Virus record (IMG/VR): IMGVR_UViG_3300035498_002028
DNA: 64,000 nt
From: a virus
Taxonomy: Duplodnaviria > Heunggongvirae > Uroviricota > Caudoviricetes
Reading direction: 5' to 3' (one strand)
Below are positions 37,709 through 45,976 of this stretch, piece by piece. Below the pieces are notes generated by a model. The model did no database searches and had not been told where the DNA came from. It was given only the letters and a program-made list of their open reading frames with translations. Position numbers and translations under genes: made by a program. The first letter of the stretch is position 1. Every line of letters starts with the position of its first letter.

Positions 37709-37765
37709 GGCGACTTGGAACGCCCTGCCTGGTAGCATTACAGCCCCGGAGGGCTGTCCTCTGCT
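37709..37765 (-). ncRNA. Twister ribozyme (type P5 permutation)
   Basis: AGCA-GA-GGA-CAGCCC(uccg)GGGCUG-U^AA-UGCU-AC-CAGGCAG-GGCG-U-UCC-AA-GU-CGCC. Compensatory changes versus the other twister in P2, P4, T1, T2; predicted cut 37740/37739. Confidence 0.9.
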
Positions 37766-37790
37766 TTTCAATGCTTTTTCTGTCTTGGTT

Positions 37791-38045
37791 TTACATTGCA
37801 ACCGCACCCTTGCCTACAATCGCCTTCATATCATAATAGGTTAAGTCCGGTGCATATTCTTTTAAAAACCATGCCATCTGTTTTCTAGTTGTCGCGCTAT
37901 AGGTTCCGGTGCATTCCACAAATCTTTTTCCACCTTACCGCCAGATGCTTATAACGCGTGTTGTGTAGCTGATGAAGTCCAGTCTATCGCCCTTTACAAC
38001 GTGACACTGTGCGCTTGCGTGCTCTCTTAATTTAGTTTTACTCAT
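37791..38045 (-). pseudogene. First early ORF, interrupted by in-frame TAA
   Basis: 85-codon frame MSKTKL...ISYTTRVISIWR*GGKRFVECTGTYSATTRKQM...; TAA at 37935-37937 (codon 37); RBS GGAGG. Confidence 0.7.
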
Positions 38046-38641
38046 AATAGATAACCTCCTTGATTTTGCTTGCCTTGTTTTGTTGTACTCATATTAACAT
38101 AGTGTTTAGAGCTTGTCAATACCTTTTTTATTATTTTTTTAATCTTTTTTGTATTGACTATGTAGCCCGGTAAACAAGCTATATTGTGTAACTCATTTAC
38201 TAATCACATGATACTATTATATACTTTATATGTCAATAGTTTTTTTGAATTATTTTTAAATTTATTGAAAAACCTTGATTTTGTGGGCGTTTTAGGCGTT
38301 TTTATTTTTGCGGCGTTTGCGTTCCTTCTATATAATGCAAAAAATATGTATATCAGAACTTGACAAGCTGCGATATTATCGGCGCTATTGTGTCGGGTGG
38401 TTCTATGTGGTATTATATGACTTGTGAACTGTCGCAAGGTATCCGGCTATTTTTGGCGCTATGTAGTTTTGATTACTACGTGTGATAGTTTTTGATATTA
38501 TGTTATGTGTATGTAGTTTTTAAAACTATGTTGTGTGATATTGATATTATAACATGTGGTTATTGATGGTATAATGTAGGGTTATGGGAACAATTTAAAA
38601 TAATTTTTTAAACTATGTCAAGTTATCACGCCGATAATGCA

Positions 38642-38838
38642 CTTTAGTGCTTTAGTGCGATAAAGTCACCAGTTTTATTTATTAGCACTCTCTCTTAATG
38701 AGTGCTAATATGCTTCCTGGTATCGGCTCAATATCGCTTTAATGCTTTAGTGTGGTAAAGTCCGTACTTTGCACTATTACGGACTTAACGCCCAAACTAG
38801 GGAACTTTACTGATTTAACGCTTTACCGTGCTAAAGTC
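38642..38838. repeat. Three CTTTA-N6-TAAAG palindromes, each preceded by (C/A)TTTA half-sites at 8-bp pitch
   Basis: 38650-38665, 38745-38760, 38821-38836, all followed by TC. Confidence 0.8.
38682..38708. promoter_or_regulatory. CIRCE element (HrcA operator)
   Basis: TTAGCACTC-tctcttaat-GAGTGCTAA, exact match to the consensus. Confidence 0.9.
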
Positions 38839-39573
38839 AGATGGTGGGGGCGTGTTTACATTTCAGCGAAAAGCCGCAGCCGCCAGGCGTGTAGTATGAG
38901 ATGTTTTTCACTCTCAATCAATAAAATGTTTCCGAGCCGATTCACAGATTTTCAAAATCCCCTACTTTGAGGGTTTACGATGTAAATAGCCGAAAAATCG
39001 AAAAGCCCCCTATTAGGGCGAAAAACACAGATTTACCGAAGTTTACCGAAAGCGCAAAATATGGCAAAATTTGAGTTGAAATATCTGACCTAAACTCTCC
39101 TATCTTGAGGATTTACTTATGAAAAAACATCGGTGTACCGAAGTTCATTTCCCGATGTCATTTAAGATTGGAAAAGTTTTTCTAAAAATCAAAATTTGCA
39201 AAGTGCCGAAAACTGAGGACTTATATTTTTTAAAAATACTCAAAACTTTAAAATTGTTCATTCCAGAATGACCCGACAATCAATAAACGGCAGCAAAAAC
39301 AGGTGGTCAAATATTAGTATAAATCGCCCGAAATTAGAATTGCCGTATATTTACATTGCTTGCGCAATGGCAAAAAGATTTCTCTTTGGTTATAATAAAG
39401 ATATGCTTATCTGACCTTTAAGGCATAGATAATATATAATATGTCTATATATTATATAAGACTAGATATATATTATCTATTAAATATAAGACATATCTTA
39501 CTTATAATATATAGTATTATTATATATAGGAGATGCAGTTTTTTGCAAAATGCCCTAGTTTGAGGGTTTTAAA

Positions 39574-39621
39574 AATAATTCAGAAAAAGTATTGACAATC
39601 TCGTGTTTTAGTGTTATGATG
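39574..39621 (+). promoter_or_regulatory. sigma70 promoter of the RNA polymerase operon
   Basis: Same AATAATTCAGAAAAAG upstream element, TTGACA-N17-TATGAT with extended TG; no GTAA-N5-TTAC operator. Confidence 0.8.
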
Positions 39622-39669
39622 CTTGCAAGAAATTAGATAGATACCTGGAAAAATATAAAGGAAGAAACA

Positions 39670-40374
39670 ATGGAATTTATCAGAATACCTCGCAGCCTTA
39701 TTTATGATAAGGAACTTGGCGACAAAAGAATCCTTGTTTATTCTTCTATACTATTTACATGTTGGAGTTCTAAATGTTGCACTGTAAACAAACTTATAGA
39801 TGACTGCGATTTTGTTAGAGGTCGTGTTAGCTCCGGTGTTGAGAAGCAATTTAAAACGCTAATAGGTTCGTTAATTGAAAAAGGTTTTGTATCCACCCAA
39901 GAAAAACTTGGAGATACCTTTTCTTTTTGTATCAAAGCTCCAATAAATAGTTTTGGTATTATCAATAGGTTCGAATATGATGATATTATCCAATACCGTA
40001 TAAAAGAAAAAGCAAACGGAAAAAGAATAAACCACTCTCATATTCTATTGCTATTGTCTTATATCAGACTTAACATGGACAAGCGAACAGGCAAACCAAT
40101 AATGCACTTTTCGATGCTAAAGACGATATCTGATAATATTGGGCTATCAGTTCGTAGTGTTACAGCTGCACTAAAGATTTTAGAAGAACTCTCGATAATC
40201 CATAGCGAAGAACTTCCTCGGTATCAAGACAAGAATAATAACTGGCATTCTAATGTCAAAGTTTTTGTCAATATAAAACCACCAATGGATAATACCAATT
40301 ACGACTGGCGCGATGAAACTGCGAAGGCAATCGACAGTATTATTTGTAGCCAGAGAGACTTTATAGGAGGATAA
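39670..40374 (+). CDS. Winged-helix-type protein (replication initiator or regulator candidate)
   Basis: IRIPRSLIYD N-terminus; SMLKTISDNIGLSVRSVTAALKILEEL HTH. Confidence 0.55.
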   Translation: MEFIRIPRSLIYDKELGDKRILVYSSILFTCWSSKCCTVNKLIDDCDFVRGRVSSGVEKQFKTLIGSLIEKGFVSTQEKLGDTFSFCIKAPINSFGIINRFEYDDIIQYRIKEKANGKRINHSHILLLLSYIRLNMDKRTGKPIMHFSMLKTISDNIGLSVRSVTAALKILEELSIIHSEELPRYQDKNNNWHSNVKVFVNIKPPMDNTNYDWRDETAKAIDSIICSQRDFIGG

Positions 40375-40382
40375 TATGAGAT

Positions 40383-40772
40383 TTGAAACTTGATGATTTT
40401 CGTCATGTCTCTCTTACCGCAGGGAAACCGGATAGTGACATGACAGATGCACAATGGCAAGAATACTTTTCAATTATGAAGTTGATGACAAAGCAAGGTA
40501 AAGAAAAGAAAATGAAGTCATCTTCTGCTAAACTGATTGTCAACGGTTATTCTTCTGAATGTGAATACCGTGGCGAAACAAGTTACGCTCGTTACTGCCA
40601 ATTCATCAATAGTATGCTAAAAACAATTAGAGGGAATAGTTCAGAGTTACCAGCTCACGACTACTGCTTTTACATCTATCAGATAGCAGACCTCTTGAGA
40701 TTTGAACATGATAATCTCAAAGTTGTTTGGCGACAAAACGATAAATGTTTTGAGGTTTGGTTGGATAAGTAA
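40383..40772 (+). CDS. Hypothetical protein
   Basis: 129-aa ORF, GGAGG RBS. Confidence 0.65.
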   Translation: MKLDDFRHVSLTAGKPDSDMTDAQWQEYFSIMKLMTKQGKEKKMKSSSAKLIVNGYSSECEYRGETSYARYCQFINSMLKTIRGNSSELPAHDYCFYIYQIADLLRFEHDNLKVVWRQNDKCFEVWLDK

Positions 40773-40829
40773 TTTATTTTTTTACTTTATAACCAAGACA
40801 GAACAATTAAGAAAAGAAGGTGACGAGAA

Positions 40830-43613
40830 ATGGAACAAAAGTCTTGCCATAAATTTATTTATAAATTACATAGCAAGCAACTAAGAGAATCTAAATGGGA
40901 TTTGAAATTACCATTGGACATTGCGCTCAGAGATTATTCAGACTGTATTGTGTCATTGAGTGATAACCAGCTTTTGCGGTTTATAGATGAATTAAATGGT
41001 GTTGTTGATGCAGATAAGCAAGCTAGGGATATCAAATATGCTATTAGGGTTGAGAAGAAAAAGCCAAGGAATAGACAAACCAAAATTAAAATCAACTGTC
41101 TTTATCAACAGTTGTATGAGCTTCAATTTCAGAAAGATTATCTTTATGTAATTATGGATAAAAACTCTGATTATGATAGAGCAAATAAAGGGTTTAAAGT
41201 TAATGGAATTCAATATCATCGTTTTCTTGGTACAAATGGTGGAATCAAACAGTCTACTATCGTGTATGTTAGTGAGCGTTTATACCCAGAATTGAAAAGG
41301 CGACTGGATAATGGAAGAAATATGGAAATGGAATTGGTTCCTGCAAAATTAGAAGCGTACCAGGCTTTAATATGTTCTGGTTCTATTCCTATTCCTCAGC
41401 CCAATGGTGTTATTGTCGTGGATGATTGTGTTACCCACTTTACAGAAGATGTAATTATGATTAACGATGAGAATGATGGTGAACCTGTTTTAACAATAGA
41501 GAAAAATTTTGAGATTGAACATAACGATTCAGATGGTTATGGAATGATGCTTCCATCATACGCAAGAAAAGTTAATCAGTATCTTACTGGAAAAGACGAA
41601 GTTATTTCGGGGATGAATACCAGATGGGCTTGGAACAAAGGAATGGTGTACTCTTTTGATTATATTGAGTTTGGGGAAAAGATTGCTGATTCGTATGAGG
41701 TTATTGATGCATGGGGTGATAAGCGAGATATACGAGAATCAGAAGTAATACTTACCACTTCTATGCTTAAACTGTGGGATAGTTATAAAAATTGGGAAGA
41801 TTACTATGATAATTGTTGCAAAAATCATTATCAGTTTTCTACTCCTAAAGTCACCCCGGACAAGTTAGAAAATGTTAGAAACACCAATTACCAGTTTTTA
41901 CAAAGCTATGATTTTACGGATGATGAATTGCGTAGCTTATGTGACCCTACAATCAGAGAATTAAAGGATGTTTTGGGAATGGATTACCGTAAAAGTCTTG
42001 TCTTTATGGCTGGGTATGGATTGGATGAGGACAATGCATTTAACGGCAACTTCGATTATTGTGCCAAGGCGTTAATGATTGATGAGCGGATGATAAATGA
42101 CCCATTTATTCGCAGACGCATATGGAATATGATTTCTAAAAGAATTGAGATGGCAAAACGTGGTGCAATAAAAGTAAATGCTAACTTTGCAATGATATCT
42201 GGCGACCCATATGCTTTATGTCAAAGTATGTTTGGAATGAAAATAACAGGGTTACTTCATAAGGGTGAATTATACCACAAGCATTGGATTGACAAAGGTT
42301 CCACAGAACTAGCGTGTTTTCGTGCGCCAATGACTTGTCATAATAATATCCGGAAAATGAAACTAGCAGATAGAGAGGAAACAAGACATTGGTATCAATA
42401 TATTACCACAGCTGCAATCTTCAACGCCTGGGACACTGCTTGTGATGCAATGAATGGTGCTGATAAAGATGGTGATACTAATATGGATACTGATAATGAG
42501 ATTATTGTAAGAAAAACTCTTAACTCTCCCACTATCATGTGTGTACAGCGCAAGGCAGAAAAAAGGATTCCTTCAGAAGAAGATATTATACAAGCTAATA
42601 AACTGGCATTTAATGATGATATCGGTACTGTTACAAATTATGTTACTAGCATGATTGAGCGACAGGCAGGATTTGACAAAGGGACGCCAGAATATGAGGA
42701 ACTTGCTTATCGTATCATGTGCGGTCAGCTTTATCAACAAAATACCATAGACCGAGCCAAAGGGATTATAGCGAAGCCGATGCCGGATTATTGGTATAAC
42801 TTACATAGATGTATTGTCAAAGATAACGATGATGCAGAAACAGTAAAAGCGAAAAATAAAAACATAACTCTTGTGGCAGCTAATAAACCATACTTTATGA
42901 TGTATGTATACCCACAACTTAAATCAAAAGCAAAGACATATTTTAAAAATAATGATTATGGTGCAATTCTTAGATTTAAGAATTATGGCATCAAGTCAAT
43001 AACCGAACTTATTGATTATGAACCAAAGACACCAGAAATGATTGCATACCTTGATAGTTATTATAAATATATGCCTGTTGGGATAAATGATTGTGTTGTA
43101 AATAGAATATGTCATATATTTGAAAATGAGTTTGATGGTTATTTGTCGAAAAAGTATGAACAGCCAGAATTTGATTATAGTATCATGAAATCGAATGTAG
43201 ATTATTCTAAAAAAGTTTTTAGTGATGTTAAGGATATTTTTAACACCTACATAGAAGAAATGAATGCTTATAAAAAGACAGCCAGAATGCAGAAAGATGA
43301 TTCGGATTATGATATTGCAGAGAGATATCATAGATTTGCCGAAAAGTTTCGTATAGAATGCGAAAAGGTTTGTAGTAATGAAGATGAGTTATGTGATATT
43401 GTTTTGGATTTATGTTATCAAACTTCCAAGACAAAACAATTTGCTTGGGATGTATGTGGAGATAAAATATTGGACAATCTTTTAAAAAACTCAAACTATA
43501 CCATACATATTCCTATACATGTTGAAACAAACGGGGATTTTGAATACTGTGGAGAACAGTTTGAAATGCGTGAGGTTATAATCGGAGGTAGTGATGATGA
43601 TTGTATTGAATGA
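40830..43613 (+). CDS. yonO: YonO-type single-subunit (RdRP-like) DNA-dependent RNA polymerase
   Basis: SDGYG, NKGMV, FRAPM, NGADKDGD catalytic loop, IGTVTN, QNTIDRAKG; sits upstream of SPbeta-like late genes. Confidence 0.9.
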   Translation: MEQKSCHKFIYKLHSKQLRESKWDLKLPLDIALRDYSDCIVSLSDNQLLRFIDELNGVVDADKQARDIKYAIRVEKKKPRNRQTKIKINCLYQQLYELQFQKDYLYVIMDKNSDYDRANKGFKVNGIQYHRFLGTNGGIKQSTIVYVSERLYPELKRRLDNGRNMEMELVPAKLEAYQALICSGSIPIPQPNGVIVVDDCVTHFTEDVIMINDENDGEPVLTIEKNFEIEHNDSDGYGMMLPSYARKVNQYLTGKDEVISGMNTRWAWNKGMVYSFDYIEFGEKIADSYEVIDAWGDKRDIRESEVILTTSMLKLWDSYKNWEDYYDNCCKNHYQFSTPKVTPDKLENVRNTNYQFLQSYDFTDDELRSLCDPTIRELKDVLGMDYRKSLVFMAGYGLDEDNAFNGNFDYCAKALMIDERMINDPFIRRRIWNMISKRIEMAKRGAIKVNANFAMISGDPYALCQSMFGMKITGLLHKGELYHKHWIDKGSTELACFRAPMTCHNNIRKMKLADREETRHWYQYITTAAIFNAWDTACDAMNGADKDGDTNMDTDNEIIVRKTLNSPTIMCVQRKAEKRIPSEEDIIQANKLAFNDDIGTVTNYVTSMIERQAGFDKGTPEYEELAYRIMCGQLYQQNTIDRAKGIIAKPMPDYWYNLHRCIVKDNDDAETVKAKNKNITLVAANKPYFMMYVYPQLKSKAKTYFKNNDYGAILRFKNYGIKSITELIDYEPKTPEMIAYLDSYYKYMPVGINDCVVNRICHIFENEFDGYLSKKYEQPEFDYSIMKSNVDYSKKVFSDVKDIFNTYIEEMNAYKKTARMQKDDSDYDIAERYHRFAEKFRIECEKVCSNEDELCDIVLDLCYQTSKTKQFAWDVCGDKILDNLLKNSNYTIHIPIHVETNGDFEYCGEQFEMREVIIGGSDDDCIE

Positions 43614-44475
43614 GTTGGAATATGCTGAGAATTGTCTTAGACATAAAAGCATAGACACAAAACCATATTTCGCTTTGTCGATTTTAGCGAAATATTATTT
43701 TTACCATTTAGGATATAGCAAAGAACAGATTATTGAAAACTTAACGTCATTTCTGTCTGACGTATATCCTAAATACCAAAAAGAATATGCATATTGGAAT
43801 GACACTATTGAAAAGATGGCAAGCAATGTAGAAAAATATACTCTATATGAGATAGAGGGTGTCTGGATAACAGAAAACGAATTACATACCATTGAAAATA
43901 TAGGAAATAAAGTGTTAGAGCGATTAGCATTTACTATGTTATGTTTGGCAAAACTATCAATTCAAAGAAACCCAAAAAGTAACGGATGGATAAATGATGA
44001 CGCTAAATCAATTTTTTCACTTGCTAGAATATCTGGAAGTGTTACTGATAGGTATGTACGCATTAGTGATTTATATGATTTGGGGTTGATAGAACTTCCT
44101 AAAAAGAATGATTTACTCAGTTATAGAGTTACATTTATTGACAATGAGAGCAAGAATGTTTTATTTATACATGATTTTCGTGAACTCGGATATGAGTATT
44201 TGAAATATAAAGGACAAAATTTTATTCGTTGTGCTGAATGTGGGATTTTAGTTCGTGGTAATAAAGCTGGAACCAAACATTATTGTTCTAGCTGCATAGC
44301 TTACTCTCCTATCAAAGCCAAAAAGATTAAATGTATTGATTGTGGCAAAGAATTTGAGGTTGAATCTATATCACGAAGGATTCGTTGCGATATGTGTTAT
44401 GAAAATGAGAGAAAGCGCATCAATAGGGAAAACCAAAGGAAATGGAAAGAAAAAAATAATACCACTTCATTTTAG
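43591..44475 (+). CDS. Hypothetical protein with C-terminal tandem zinc fingers
   Basis: CAECG..CSSC, CIDCG..CDMC; overlaps the RNAP stop. Confidence 0.75.
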   Translation: MMMIVLNELEYAENCLRHKSIDTKPYFALSILAKYYFYHLGYSKEQIIENLTSFLSDVYPKYQKEYAYWNDTIEKMASNVEKYTLYEIEGVWITENELHTIENIGNKVLERLAFTMLCLAKLSIQRNPKSNGWINDDAKSIFSLARISGSVTDRYVRISDLYDLGLIELPKKNDLLSYRVTFIDNESKNVLFIHDFRELGYEYLKYKGQNFIRCAECGILVRGNKAGTKHYCSSCIAYSPIKAKKIKCIDCGKEFEVESISRRIRCDMCYENERKRINRENQRKWKEKNNTTSF

Positions 44476-44713
44476 GATAGTTTTGAAATGACCGCTTGTA
44501 AACCCTCAATTTAGGGTGGAAATTTAAGGTCGATAAAAAAATTGAATTTTCTTAATATAGAGGGAGATGTAGCTTAGGTTATATCTTCCACTCTATTCTT
44601 CATTTCTTTATCTTTCTCTTTTCTTTGTGTGACGTATCTGGTATGGCGTTCAATGTTGTACCAGGTACGTATTAACAAGATAAGAGATTTTAGTTCAATA
44701 GGGAGGAAATATC

Positions 44714-45343
44714 ATGATTACATTGAAGAAAAGTTTTGAATTACAGAATTATTTAAAACAGCTTTTTGATAGTGCCATTACTGTACTTTCATTTACAGAT
44801 AATGTGACAACAACCAAACAGGAGCATATGAGGAAGAAAGCATATGTTGGTGCAGAGGACGAAGAAATCATTAAACCAAAAAGAAATGATTATCAAATCG
44901 AGGTAATGGAGCTTATTGATTTTGCGTGTGATATTCAGAAAAACATGGAGCAGCTTACTACAGCCATCAACGATGCAAAGCATTCAGCGGATAATGACTT
45001 TGATAGTTTAATTGCGATTAACAATCGCAAGAGAACTCTTCTTAATCGTTTATCCATCATGACAACTATTAAGCCATCTGAATGCATAATTACAGGAACA
45101 TCTACAAAGTTTAATGAAGAAGGAAACCAGGTAAAGTATACATACGATATCAAAGAGGTTACTACTATTGACTTTGACAGGAATGCCGTAAAAGCCATTG
45201 TATCGAGATTGCGTCAAGAGGTAGATTCCACTTCTACGCAAATTGATTTAATGCAGCTTAACACAATGGTGGATTTTGAAACAATATACGAGATTGGCGA
45301 TAGTCTTGAGGATGCTGTCTCAAAATATACACAGAGTAAATAG
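44714..45343 (+). CDS. Coiled-coil protein of unknown function, upstream of a long ncRNA
   Basis: 209 aa, GGAGG RBS, heptad helices with beta-hairpin insert (KFNEEGNQVKYTYD). Confidence 0.85.
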   Translation: MITLKKSFELQNYLKQLFDSAITVLSFTDNVTTTKQEHMRKKAYVGAEDEEIIKPKRNDYQIEVMELIDFACDIQKNMEQLTTAINDAKHSADNDFDSLIAINNRKRTLLNRLSIMTTIKPSECIITGTSTKFNEEGNQVKYTYDIKEVTTIDFDRNAVKAIVSRLRQEVDSTSTQIDLMQLNTMVDFETIYEIGDSLEDAVSKYTQSK

Positions 45344-45433
45344 CAATTGTTTTGGGCTATTGGGAATCATCCTTCTAAATTATTATATGAATATTAAATG
45401 GGTTGTCCGATTCTCAAATCTCCCAATTAAATA

Positions 45434-45885
45434 GCGGCTATTATATAGAGAGCTGAAACGATTATTAGTTGCAATCGCTTCAAGTGCAGATGAAGTATAA
45501 CGCTGTACAGTTTAGGATTACTATATAATTCTATATCAACGATAGTTGATTTCAAATATATCAAGTATAAAAGCGTCTATGATTTCGATGATAGATAATG
45601 CAGAATTAAAGATGGGTTATACACTCTTTCGATGCGAACATCTCTCAGCGCGAATTCAATACTACCCTATCACTCTCATTCGATATGTCGTACTAACAAT
45701 CAACATTTACGAGCAACGTGTTCTTAGTGAGATAATATACAAAACAATCAGAAAGTTTGTAACGATATTTACATATTATTAGATTTCGTGAACAAAAAGA
45801 AATTTTAATTAACAAAATTTAGCAAAACATTTTTAGTAAATTGATTGGATTGATATGACATTTCAGTTTTCTATATAGTAGCCGC
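45434..45885 (+). ncRNA. Candidate ~450-nt structured non-coding RNA
   Basis: 45434-45458 pairs with 45861-45885 (25/25 bp, 3 G-U); internal hairpins; no credible ORF. Confidence 0.75.
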
Positions 45886-45892
45886 AATACCT

Positions 45893-45976
45893 GGGTAGGT
45901 ATGCAAGCGGCTCAAAGCGGTCAGACTGTAAATCTGATGCCATTTGGCTTCGCAGGTTCGAATCCTGCCCTGCCCA
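45893..45976 (+). tRNA. tRNA-Tyr(GUA)
   Basis: Cloverleaf, TCAGA-CTGTAAA-TCTGA, long variable arm. Confidence 0.93.

Larger units (their letters stand above)
14774..38236 (-). promoter_or_regulatory. Dispersed family of ~18 early sigma70 promoters with shared upstream element; 15 carry a GTAA-N5-TTACT operator
   Basis: AATAAT(T/A)CAGA(A/T)AAG..TTGACA-N17-TA(T/A)(A/T)AT. Operators at 14774, 15972, 19607, 21796, 23380, 25770, 26506, 27374, 28540, 28971, 30711, 31026, 34449, 35017, 38188. No operator at -35 sites ~32710 and ~38116 (also ~4345 and ~13363 outside this span). Confidence 0.9.

Noticed and set aside
37935-37937. Stop-codon reassignment in this phage
   Set aside because: TAA, TAG and TGA all end well-defined genes and long genes are uninterrupted in code 11.
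37969-37975. CTGATGA on the plus strand as a fourth ribozyme core
   Set aside because: No GAAA partner or flanking stems; lies antisense within an ORF.
560-38200. Many plus-strand ORFs in the track across the left arm (e.g. 560-835, 801-1139, 14602-14997, 26167-26718, 35822-36280)
   Set aside because: Antisense shadows of real minus-strand genes; no RBS; Ser/Phe/Ile-rich composition.
14774-38236. Recurrent intergenic repeats as a CRISPR or other guide array
   Set aside because: Spacing is irregular (0.3-5 kb), whole genes lie between copies, and each copy contains -35/-10 boxes; no cas genes.
45546-45782. 78-aa ORF inside the candidate ncRNA
   Set aside because: No RBS, implausible composition, lies within a base-paired domain.
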